The notes below the pieces were generated by a model. It did no database searches. It was not told the origin of the DNA and saw only the letters and a list, made by a program, of their open reading frames with translations. From the NCBI RefSeq assembly GCF_009914755.1, contig NC_060931.1: a stretch of 64,000 bases of DNA. One strand, 5' to 3'. Position numbers and translations under genes: made by a program. Positions 39,403-51,590 of the stretch are shown piece after piece; position 1 is the first letter of the stretch; each line of letters begins with the position of its first letter. The stretch is from the human T2T-CHM13v2.0 reference genome, Homo sapiens.

Positions 39403-42400
39403 GGCGCTAGTCTTTACACCTTCTGGGGAGCATTCCCTGATCTCCTCCACCCCCTTATCCTACCCACAGAACTCAGATAGGGGACTCTCCGCCTAAAAGC
39501 TCTGTATGGGTAGGGTGTCAATCTCTAATTCCAGTACATATTCAGAGCCCATTGCTCCCTAGATGTGAAGGAATACATAAATAATGAAAATAAATGACCC
39601 CAGACCATACAGCTGGGGTTGGAGCTAAGCTCTGACTCAACCTCTAAACCCCTTGAGCTCTCCACTACCCCATCCTGCCTCTAGGTCTCCCACTAAATCA
39701 CCCAGAGTAAAAAGAGTACAAAGCAGACATTGTGACATATAATTGTCAAGCTTATTTAGGGCAGAAAATGCAACTTTTTACAAATATAATCATATAAGCA
39801 TCACCATACAGAGAGTTCCAGTACCTTCAAGGGAAGAGTGGGAAGAGACACATCAGAAAGGAAAGCTGTCCTTAGAATAAAATAGTTGTAAGGAAATGGT
39901 AGTTAGATACAATCAGTGTTTTAAAATAAAGTTCAAATATATATATATATCCCATTCTTCTCTTGTTTAAAAAAACTATAATTTTCACTTTCTTTAATTA
40001 CTTAAATGTTTAGATTTGTTTTCAGAAATGAGTGCTTGTTTAGGTAACAGTTGACATTTTATTGCTTTTGGCACAAGTAAATATTTCTTCCATTTTATGT
40101 TTGAACTTGATTGTGGTAGCCTAAAGGCTGAGGAATATAATTATTTCTCTCTCACTCTGGTACACCTTGCTTTCTCTCTCTCTCTCTCTGAAATTCTAGC
40201 CCCGTTAGTTCCTCTTGGTCTGATTGCCAGACTTTCCAGTAATCACATCTGTATTTTTTCCAACATGTGGGCAATTTTCATTATTTCAGTCAAGCAATGA
40301 CCTTTAGAATTCCGGGATCATTTTCCCTCCCCATGCTGGTGCCCCCATGAGACCCAGAAGCACAAACATCTGAAGGACCTCTTGGCATCTTCACATCTGT
40401 TGGCACAGAAGGTGAAGGCCACTGTATGGTAGATTTTCAATTACAGGTGTTGAGCTTGGGGAAGAGTTTGTTGGTTTTTGAGGGATGGACAGAAGCAATG
40501 TGTAATTCTTAGTTTCTAGGCCCTTTGGAAACACTTAGAAAACAATGTTAATCTGTTTATACAAAGCACACATTGAGAAACCACAGTAAGCAATTGCTAA
40601 GCAAAAGTCTGGCAGGTTTTTGGTTACAAAGTCTGACATTTATATCAATTTTCCATCCAGAGCAACTCAGTCTTTCAGTTTGGGGTTATACTTCCTTGAT
40701 GTACCTAGAGTCCATGAAATGTTATTTTATTCAAAGAGTAGTTTGCTTGTTGTTATGCCCAGTTTTCAACAGTGTAGTACACAGACATCTGAAATTCTTT
40801 CCAAGACTAATTAGCCCAGTGGAAGTTATTCACCAGGAACAATGCAAAAGTGTGAAATACCATCTATATTATCTGGCTTACAGGAGTCTCTGGAATCGTT
40901 GCTTTTCTTTGCTCACTGGTAGTAAGGACTCTAAATTACAGAAACAATAGAAGCACTGTGTTTAACCCAAAATATCACTGAACTCCCATTTTAGGAAAAT
41001 CTGTTTCTTTCAAATTTTCTCTGAGAAGTACAAAGTGTTGCTTGGTGTGCAGTTATCTGCCGGTATAAATGGTATAAATGGATGATTACTTAAATACGGC
41101 TTCTTTTAGAAGGGAGTTAGAGGACTTTGCAAAAGCATCAAGCTGTGCTTGCCATATAGGTGAGCCTCTTCCAAGTAAATAATTTGACTTAAAGGATTGT
41201 TAGAAACTTTTCTTATCTCTTTATCCAGGCAATAATTGCTATATTTCTAATCTGTTTTTTTTAAAATCAGTTGGGGTTTGATTCCTTCCTGGTATCTTAA
41301 AAGTCAGGAATTATTTAATGATCCTGGTAGGTGAGAGTATCAAAGATAAATGGTCATCGCCATCCGAACACCAAGAAGTATTACCTTTTCTACCCTTGCA
41401 GCGTGGAGCTGTCCACAACCAAAACCTGCCCCCGAGGGCTTGCAATAAACACACCTTAAATGCCCCATAGGTTTGGAATTTTGCAGTGATGTTCATCTCA
41501 GAAAATCATGTTCAGAAGGGCCTCAGTTTGTCAGCCCTACTGATCTTGAAGAAACTACTTCCAAATCAAACACTCTGTAGCACTAAACCAGTGGGCTGAC
41601 CCTGTCTTTGGGTACCACAGAAATCTTTTGCAGAGGATGAGCTTATCCTGATTCACCATAGTAAAACAATCTTTGTCCCTTGGGGTTACCCTTTTAAGGT
41701 AAACTTCTGACGCCTATTGACTAAAAATGTTGCTTACACTATCAGATTTTCACTTCTATTTTCAAGTGTACAAAATTTATGATTTATTGCAGATTCCCAA
41801 GAGTTTACATCAGATTTCAATAAATATTTGCCTAAGAGGTTTTTCAGACATTTCTGATCAACTTGTTTTTGTTTCTTGGTTATAATTTGCTTTTAATACA
41901 TCAAAGTACTACAGATTAATGTATTTTCTTTCTTTTAGTGGAGGTTTAGCTGACCCTGCCAGTCACCAAGCAAGGACATTCTACTGTTGGAGAGAAAGAC
42001 CAGGTAGGAATGTGGGTGGCTCAACAGAAATCCACTAGAGGAAAAAAAAAAACATTCAAAGCAAATGTCTGGCTGATAGGTCTGTGGTCTCACCTTCTGA
42101 AGATAAAGGCCATGCCATCATGCCATAGATATGAGGGCAAGACAATCCAGGTATCATCATTGCAACTCCCAGTTGGCATCCAGAAAGAACCATGTATTTG
42201 AAAATTGCTTCCCAAACATTTTCCTTAGCTTTGCTTTACTTTGCTGTGAGGCAAGGTAGAAGTGCTGCTCTCTGTTTTACAGGAGGGGAAAGTGATACCA
42301 AGAGAGATTACCAGGCCAGCATAATATAGCCCATCCCTCCTGTCCGTTCAGTGTTGTCATCACATTTCTCCTTTTTTCTCACCTGAGCCAAATGGCCTCC

Positions 42401-42723
42401 ACTTTTCTGTTATTCCCACTGTCACTGGATTTTTGTAATAAAAATGAATCTGTTTCAACTAAAGGTATAATTCCAGACCTTCTGGAAGGCCTGAAGTTAA
42501 AGAAACAACAAAGGCCTACTAACACTGCGGGAAATTACTGGGGTTTCCATGCAGTGGAGGTATCACTGACAAATGAGATATCTTGACTCAAGGAGTCAAA
42601 AGATTATTAGGGTTTTTTTAGCATAATAGTTCATCATCAGTCATCTACTAACAAAGGATACATCTATTTTTACCCAAAATATCACATCACCAATCTGACA
42701 AACCATTTCAGAGTTAAAGGCAC

Positions 42724-43093
42724 TGTGACAATGTATTCCAAAGATGACCATCCACAATATCTATGGTTGCATAAGATCTTCTAAACCTCCCATATTAAGA
42801 GTCAGTTCAGTCTAATTCTTCTCCTTCCTGGTTTCCAATAAAATGTAATGCCAGTGTGTGTGACTACTGAGCCTGTCAGAAAAAAAGTTATATCTTCTAC
42901 CTTGCTTGATGGAACATTCATACTGGAGTCCTGAGCCACCGCATAAGCAGTCAGACTCTCCTGAGGCCACCATGCTATGAGAAAGCCCAAACTAGTCCAC
43001 CAGGAGAGACCACATGGAGAAGCCTGAGACAATATGAAGATGATACACAGATAGATGGATAGGTAGGTAGGTGGGTGGATAAATGGATGGATG

Positions 43094-43146
<53 letters not shown>

Positions 43147-43198
43147 GATAGAGATAAATAGATGATAGGTATAGATGATAGAAAGATAGATAGATAGG

Positions 43199-43244
<46 letters not shown>

Positions 43245-43452
43245 TGGAGACATGCCTGGCCAGCCTCCAGCTCCTCTAGGCCACTGTTATAGTACCAGCT
43301 ACTATTTGTCTACAACCATGTAAAAGACCCCAGGCCAGATCTACATGAGTCTGTTCCAAATTCTGATCCAAGAAACTATGAGATAATAATGATTAATGTT
43401 GCTTAAAGCCACTAACTTTTGGGGTGATTTGTTATGCAGCAGTTAACCAGAA
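42724..43452 (+). mobile_element. MaLR solo LTR (MLT1H-like) carrying a GATA microsatellite
   Basis: gagtcctgagccacc..gaggccaccatgct..gaaagcccaaactag; aagccactaacttttggggtgatttgttatgcagca. Confidence 0.75.
43050..43244. repeat. Compound (GATA)n tetranucleotide STR
   Basis: (GATA)13 at 43094-43145 and (GATA)11 at 43201-43244, with degenerate GATA/GGAT spacers. Confidence 0.97.
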
Positions 43453-44633
43453 ACCATTCCCTAGGACACAGAAAAAAAAAACAGCCTATGGATTTGTTTC
43501 CCTGAGACTTCTGTAATCACTGGCAAGATAAAAATTGAAGGAATGATGCACTGACTACTATGATGCTCACTTCCTTTTGCTCCTTTAATTTGAATTGGTT
43601 TCATAGAAAGAATTGAGAAGTAATAGGGATCAATAATCTACCAATTGAACCATATTATTTTGGCATAACCTTTTGCCAGCTTATGTTCACCTGATAGCAT
43701 CATCTTCAAGGTACGCAATGCTTTCAATATTGGATCTAGAGCTAATTATGCTATATCAGTTCCCTCTACCCATAAAAATAGTGTCACTTTCTGGATGCAA
43801 GAGCAAAATAGCGTCATGCCATCTTCTCACTAGTTAGCAGTAAACTTTGCAAATTATGTTTCTCTTGTTGCCCTTGCCTTATGTCTTTTGAAATGTATTT
43901 ATTTTTATATAAAGTTGAATGTACCGACACATGCTGTACCTTTCCCTTAGAAAAAGTGCATATGCTTGACCTGGCTGTGGTGTGTTTTACTGGTGCAAAA
44001 CAGATAATGTCTACATTTTCTAGATCCTGCCTTCTGACTAATTTGGCAAAGTAGGGGTTTGGTATTGCTTCTTCTTTTTTTTCTTCTGGCACTTTGCAAA
44101 GCTTGGGTGTAGGACGAGAGAGGAAGCAATACTAAGTCGATTTTGAAAGGACAAAACCAAGCCTGCAGACAACTGTGCAAAGAATCTGCTTTTAGATGTT
44201 GTGCTGTACTGGGGTGATGGTGCTCATTACATGTTACATGTTGTTGCCATCTAAGTTTCTGGCACGTAAAACCATAATCTATGACTTTTACTTTTACATT
44301 TTTCACTAAGATGAGGAGAAATTGCTTTACCATGTCAATCAGTTATGCCCTTTAAAAAGGGTGGATAAGAGTGAGCATTACCTACTTGAATATCATATTG
44401 TTTTAAAAATCAAATAGGCAACTCCGAGGTTAAAAAGTTTAATGTTTTTCTGAGTAATAAAAATGTAAAATTGAGTATGGCCAAATTCATTGTAACTAAC
44501 CCATTCAAAGAGTTCGGGGAGTAGGAAGAAACTTGGTTTTGTAGAAAATTCTAAACACTGTTCACCTGCTTTAGAATGTGGCCACGTGATTTTTTGGAAA
44601 CTTGGTCACTTGTTATTATGGGCTTTCTATAGG

Positions 44634-44634
<1 letters not shown>

Positions 44635-44670
<36 letters not shown>
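44635..44670. repeat. (TTA)12 microsatellite
   Basis: Perfect 36-bp trinucleotide run. Confidence 0.95.
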
Positions 44671-44671
<1 letters not shown>

Positions 44672-47258
44672 CCACAGTTCTTAAATATACCCCCAAGATT
44701 CTTGAACTGTTCCCAATTTTTGTTATTTGAGCTGTGTCCTTTCAAAGCAGCTCAGTAATTTATCTGTACTTAATATTCTTTCTTAGGTAATGAATGCATA
44801 GCTTCTATCCTGAGCAGGGCCTTATTAATTTCCTCTTTTGAAAACACTATCAGTATAAACTACCCACATTCAATCTGCCTACCGTTTTGGCAGAGCTTGA
44901 AAACGTTATGATTCCAAGATACACCATTAGCTTAATATCTGATCTCATTAAGTTATGTTGCTTTCTAAGCATAATGTAAACAAAGTAGGATTATTAACAA
45001 CTTCCCTGAGTCATATGTGTAATTTATTTTTATAGCAGCTAGTTGTTAAATGAGTGTGTCTGTCTTTACATAGTGCTTGTATTTCATTGTGGCCTATGTC
45101 TTTGCTGTTCATGAAAAATAAATCTGCTTTCAAGGATATGAAAGAAATAAAGAAACAAACTATGAAAGAAATAAAGAAACACACTATGAAGTAAAAAACC
45201 TTATTTTTACTCTCATGTTGTCAATGGTATGAACAGATTTTTTTTTTTAATCCACAGGATTATTTTCTTTAAAGTTATTGTCCATAAATGTGCTGTGTTT
45301 TTTATTTGGCACAAAATAGAAAAATATAATTCAAAATTAAATCTCAACTATGTAAAATATATCATAACTACATATATACATATTACGAACTTCTACTTAG
45401 GTAATTAACTTTTATGACACCAATATTAACAGCAACTGAGCTTGAGGTTTGTATCAATAATTTTTTTCTCTTTCTTTCACTAACCAGGACAATACAAACC
45501 AACTCTTTTTTGGATATAACCCATTTTAACTTTGGTTTTCCACAGCAAATTATTCTTGAGTTTGCCTTTTTATATTTCTCTATTTTTCATTAACAAAACC
45601 TAAACTGGGGGAAGTTCTGTGCTTTGCAAAATAAAACAAGGCTTATTATGAACAGAAAATGTAGCTCTCCCTATTTAGTTTTATATTTGCATTTAGAGAG
45701 TACTAAAAGTCAACAAAAACTTTTAAAAAAATTAAAGTGTTCTTCATTTGTGCACCATGCTTTGTTGGTTACTTGGAAAGAAAGACCTTTAAAAATATTT
45801 TGTTAATCAAAATGTTATAGATTTTGATTCGGTTTATAATATTTAGATATCTAAAATTTTCTGCAGGCTTTGATTTCAGACCACACATGGACTATTAGAA
45901 ATTACTGAACTTGGCTTCCCTAGGATGGTTTCAAGTGGGGTAGACCTACTCAGAAGCAGGCCCTCCTGGATGATAGCTAGCAAATTCAGTGGAACAAGAC
46001 TAGGAAGCCCTCAATAAGGGACACTTGGCTCATTTTATATCATGCAATGAAAAAGAAATTAAATAATCTTAAAACAGACAATTCCTAAGAAGGGCTAAAC
46101 CTTTATATCTTTTGCCCCTTTTATGACATTACTAATAACATAAATTAAATATTGCCCTCCTAGAAAAAAAGATATTGAGGCAGTTGTTATTGTGAATATT
46201 AGAACAGGCATACTTCAGCAACTAACTGCATTTCTTAGAGCAATATAGGTTGCCCACCCAGCACAAACCCCACTAAATGCTTTCTCAAATTGCAAATAGG
46301 AAGCCACGATTCTTAACAATCTGAGCTCGCTGTATTGTTGTATGACAACTGTGTTAAGTTTGTTCCTGATATTATAACAAATGGAGTACATCTCTTATCT
46401 AACAAGATGAAAATCTTGAGATAAATGGTTTATTTTCCACATGTCTCTACGTGTTTCCATGAACATGTAAGTAGCTTCGCTATTTTTCTAAAATAGGGAA
46501 TTGCTTACAGACATTTTATGCAAAATTCTTTGAGAAAAATTTGTCCCCCTAAGAGGTTCCCTAAGTTACTGCCTTCTGCCCATTTTAAATGCTGAGTTTG
46601 GCACAGAAAACGTTTAAGAAAATGACAGAAAAATGAGCGTCATCAGCAACTTCAAAGTAAGGCCATACAATTCAGAATTTGTTACTAAAAGTCTTTCAGG
46701 ACTAAACCACACATGGAGGTATTTTTCCCCTCATTTCTCAAAGCAGAAAAAGCTGTGTTGTAGATCGCCCTAGTTTATTAATTTTGCAATTGATTATACT
46801 GATTGCATGAAGATTTCCATTACAGAAACAGATTTTTGAGGACTAAAAATACAGCAATTATGCTGGTTACTCATTTAAGTCAGTAAGTAACTACAGGTTG
46901 TTAAAGTAGCAGACATTTTAAACACAGGGAGTCATTTACTTCCTTCCTTGAAGTACCTGAAATTTCTATTCATGTTTTTTTTTTTTAAAAAAAAAGAGGG
47001 GCAACACATGTTAAATGATAGCAATCAAGATTTTTCATGCAATAGTTTAAAAATCTAAAATGAATGATTTCTGAAAGCATTATAGATAATTAAAATACAA
47101 CATTGTCTTGACAAAATATCTCTATGAAATTAAATAGGGCCTGATCTTCAGAAGAAGGAACCAAGAAATCCTCTTTACCAGCTACAAAGCCCTCAAATGG
47201 TGGAGGTGAGGCTCAGCAGAGCATCCTCCTGCCGGCATGTGTCTACTTCAGTCTCTTC

Positions 47259-47405
47259 AGGGGTTCTCAACAGGAAAAGGAGGGGATGGAGGAGCTGGGA
47301 CATTTTCATTTGTCCCAGTGAGGTAGTGCTCATGGTATTTAGTGCCAAGGGTCAGGGATGCTAAACAAGGCTCATACAATGAAAAATTGCCCCACCCAAA
47401 AAGCC
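47259..47405. mobile_element. MER20-like fragment
   Basis: ggttctcaac..gacattttcatttgtc..ggtcagggatgctaaaca..aattgccccacccaaaa. Confidence 0.55.
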
Positions 47406-47599
47406 CTGGCTCCTTCTCAAAAGATGACCTTTTGAAATTGCTTTCATCTGCTCAAGATGCTCTTACTGCTCACAACAAATTTGAGTGAAAGGATGAAGGA
47501 AATCACCCTTGGATCCTAATTCTAACTGAATTACAGAAACCAATGTCCTCACAGTTTAATGCAGGATTGCTTAAACTGGCTTGATGTCCCACAGCAGGG

Positions 47600-48120
47600 A
47601 TTCTGATCTGTTTTGTTTGCTGAAAGCACCCCAGCACCTAGAACAGTGACTAACATATATTACATGCTTCATAAATATATGTTCAATATATGAATGAGTC
47701 AAAGGGATCCATTGGGTCGCTTATTAAAAATATGAATCACTGGGCTCAGCCTAGGCAGCTGAGTGAGAAACTCCAAGGGTCTGCAGAAGCCAAGGATCTG
47801 TATTTCTAACAAAGACTTCACGTGAATCTTGGAATCAAGCCATTATTTGGCTTAGAAGCCAAATAGATCTGGGACAATGCCTTGCTCCACCACTTAATAG
47901 GGTGTGACCTTGAACAAGACACCTCATGTTTGATTCATTCATTAAACAAATAGTCTAGGATGCCTACTCTGTTTCAGCATTGTACTACTGCTGAGAATGC
48001 TATGCTGAGGACAAGAATGCAGGATTTGCCTTCATGGAGCTCGTGGGTCCTTATCTTTAAGATGGGAATAAATAATGCCAATGCCTGGGGTTGATGTGCA
48101 AGTCAAATGACATAAAAATA
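47600..48120. mobile_element. Cluster of L2 3' ends, MER5 and MIR fragments
   Basis: ccccagcacctagaacagtg (L2 +), ctgtatttctaacaa (MER5), tgtgaccttgaacaag (MIR), ttcattcattaaacaaata (L2 -). Confidence 0.55.
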
Positions 48121-48246
48121 TAAATGCAAATTAGATACCAAAGCCTTTGCATGGATTTGTTTCTTTACCAAGTCCCATTTAAATGGCAGCAAAGGAGCAT
48201 CGCTTCCACTCAACACACAGCAAAGTTTTCTGTAGACCATATTTCC

Positions 48247-48452
48247 TTTTCTTTCTTTCTTTAATTTCAGTTTTTATTTTAGATTCGGGGGTTACATGGG
48301 CAGGTTTGTTATATGGGTGTATTGGATAACTCTGAGGTTTGGGCTTCAAGTGATCATGTCACCCAGGTAGTGAGCATAGTACCTAATAGGTAGTTTTTCA
48401 GCCCTTGCCCCACTCCCTCTCTCTCTCTTCTAGTGTCTATCGTTCCCACCTT
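48247..48452 (-). mobile_element. Short L1PA15/16-like 3' end
   Basis: ttttagattcgggggttacat..cacccaggtagtgagcatagtacctaataggtagtttttcagccc; accat(a/g)ttt flanks both ends. Confidence 0.85.
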
Positions 48453-48894
48453 GGAAACCATGTTTAGCATCTCTCTCACCCAGGTGACACCCTCTGTCAG
48501 ATTCCACCCAACTCTTCTGTAGGTTAAGTAATCACACCAGTGAGATATTTGTGTTTTAAAAGCTTTCGTCCTTTTCCCATTTGAAATTACTATTACTCAA
48601 GACTCCACATTTCAACTAAAGTGTGAAATTAGTAATTATCATTATCAATATTAATCATGCTGCTTTTTATTTGTGGAGTTCTCTCACAGGCATCTCATAT
48701 GATCTTAGCAACTCATTTAAAAGAGGTGGAGTTGACATTATAATCCCATTTTTAAAATGCTCAAAAGAAGCTCCTTTGCCCAAGGCACTACATGGAGAAG
48801 GAAGAATCTAGGTTATGCATGGGTCTTCTTTCTGTTAGACATGACCTCTTAAGCATAGTCATTCAGAGCAAGAACAAGGTCTCCTAAGGCCTTC

Positions 48895-49045
48895 ACTCTT
48901 ATAGTGTGATCCACGGGCCATCAGGATCACCTGGAGTTTGTCAAAAATACAGCATCCCAGGCCTCATCCCAACCAATGGAATCAGAAACTGCATTTTAAC
49001 CAGATGCCCCAGATAATGTGTATGCATGTTAGAGTTTGAAAGTAC
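48895..49045. mobile_element. MER5A
   Basis: gatcacctggag..gaatcagaaactgcattttaaccagatgccccag..agtttga. Confidence 0.75.
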
Positions 49046-51287
49046 CTTTCTAGGAAAAATAACTGTTACATGGAGCACAGGTTGAATCATTTAATAACTC
49101 TTGGATTTCTTGAAGTGCTAAACTAAACTTGTAATGAATACATTCTATAATACCATCTAATATTATTTTTCATGAGTAGCTTGTGAATGTTATTTTTCAC
49201 GAGTAGTTGAGTGAATGAATGTGTGCATGAATTTTATAGTGTTTTCACTTTTTCTTGCAAAAAAAACAGAAAAGCATCAAGATTTGACTGCAGTCAGTCA
49301 ACTATTCACTCTTGAATCCTCCAATATAGTACCTGGATGAAGAGTTTGAAAATACATTTCATTTCCATAGCACGCATTCAAACACCTAATTATTTCCTCA
49401 CAACCCTATATATAGGACTATCTTATAGCTACTAGCAAGGCTTGAAGGTCAGAGGCTAAAGGAATGCTGGGACACAATAAATAATTTATCTAGCAATTAT
49501 TTTTGCATCTCTACTCATGCAAGGTTCAGATTAGATCCAGAGACAACTCAGAGAATTTTAGCTCCTTCCTTTGTAGTACTGCATGTAAACCAAAGATGAA
49601 AAAAAGTATTGCTACTAAGTAACTGACATCTTAAAATTTGAATAGTTATAAGGTATAATGTGATAAATTCAATGGGAAAGGAAAAGATCAGTGCCCTGGT
49701 TATTCAGAGAAAGGGAAGTTTCTCCTGAGTTCTGTGGTCAGGAGTCAAGAGGCCAGGCAGGTTTCAACAGGCAATGTATTCTTCAGTAGTAGAGTTTCAA
49801 GATGAGATGGAGTCCAGATGAGGCCCCAGGCCTAGAAGAATATCAGCTGTATCTAATTGTTAGGGAGGAGGCTCAAAGACCACAATCTGTGTGTGTTTTG
49901 GAGGGCATGGGGTACCAGGGAGCTTGGTTGATAACAACTATGGCTGAAGTCTGTGCCACAAGATCCTGGTGCAAGTTACTGTTACAAAGCCTCCCTCTTC
50001 CACTACAGAGCTTCTGCTATAATCCCTACTTCGGTGAGGATAGATTGGGGAACTGGAGTAGTGTGGGGACAACCATATGCTGATGGGAGGATTTTCTGGA
50101 GAAAGCAAAGGGAGAAGGGAGGAGAAGGGGAATTGGGTTGATACTACATTCTAGTTAATGTGCACTTTCTAGAATGCAAATTCTGTAAGCCCCCTGGCCC
50201 ACACACACAAAAAGATCCTGAGAAAGCTGACCTCTACCAAGTCCTAGTAGAGGCTCATACACACAGAGCGTGTTCAAAAAGCACTATCAAGTGATAATGG
50301 TTAACAGTGTCGAGCAGTTGGCTCTCCTAAGCTCCTTCTCTGCTCAGGGAATTAAAATAGATGCATAGCCAGACTAGAGGGACTTTCCTTTCTGTGATAT
50401 GGACCATCACTTAAGCGTGGCTACAGCCCAGCTATCTATCTAGTCAGACTCTCAGACTAGATAGTCCTCATTCTTCTAGAAGCCGGAAGAAACTTAGAAA
50501 AGATTAGCAGGAAAATCTGTACTAATTCCTGTGGGTTTCCCATGTATTTTATTTTTAGTTTGTTAATTAGGGTATATTTGTGGTTTTTTATTCTGCTTCA
50601 TTTTTTAAAATACAATCAGACTGTGTGACTTCTTGTTTCATATCTCTTTCACACACAGTAAAAAAATAATGGATTCTTGGGTACTGTGTGTTTATGTGTA
50701 TTATTTTGGGTTCAGTTGGGTTTCTCTGTTAGGCTTGCCTGTCACTACTTCTATCCAAATGACTATTTCATAACACTCAGGAAGAATCAGAAGGACATAC
50801 CTAATAATTTCTCTGCCCTCCCCTACCCTTCCATCCAATTCCATGCTGGGCAGCCTCTTTTATATCCAAAAACCTTATACGTTTCGCCAAAGGAATCAGT
50901 ACTAATGGGAGCATCTGTAACTTGGTTGTTCTCAGGTTTGAGATCTTGAGAGAGAAAATGGAAAAGTTAACACTGAAGACCTCAGGTGACTGGGATTTCT
51001 GGAGGTCACAGGAACAAATTCAGTTATGCTCTACTGTCCCTCCTGACCAAGGCCTGCTCCCTAGATAGCACTGGCTATTTTCCCCAATCACTTCAGCTGA
51101 ACACTAATGTTTTGGTGATACTGATGTCCATAGAGAACAGCAGTGGGATTTCACTAAGATGGGAAGTTACTGTGTTCACCTGCCATAAACATGAAACAAT
51201 ACAGCAGGTATTCATTCACCCATCTCTTATTCAGATCAGAGACATTCTCACAGACCATATCCAGACTAAAGAGGATTCTGAATATTT

Positions 51288-51590
51288 ATTTTTCTTTTTT
51301 TTTTTTTTAATTTTAGAGACAGGGTCTCACTCTGCTGCCCAGGCTGGAGTGCAATGGTGGAATCACCACTCACCGCAGCCTCAACATTCTGGGCTCAAGC
51401 AATCCTCTCACATCAGCCTTCTGATTAGCTGAGACTACAGGCATCCACCCCAGGCCCAGTTATTTTTTTCTTTTTAGGGATGAGGTGTTGCTATATTGTC
51501 CAGGCTGTCTTGAACTCTTGGCCTCAAGAGATCCTCCTGCCTTGGCCTCCCAAAGTGCTGGTATGAAGGCATGAAACATCATACCTGACT
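51288..51590 (-). mobile_element. AluJ
   Basis: J-type sequence; perfect 14-bp TSD gattctgaatattt at 51274-51287 and 51591-51604. Confidence 0.93.

Noticed and set aside
42975-43253. (YLSI)n repeat protein ORF
   Set aside because: Translation of the GATA microsatellite.
43814-44333. Overlapping minus-strand ORFs (92 and 128 aa) in the repeat-free block
   Set aside because: No recognisable homology or convincing splice context; lengths are within chance expectation.
50986-51432. 148-aa ORF
   Set aside because: Non-ATG start, no recognisable domain, and the C-terminal part is antisense Alu.
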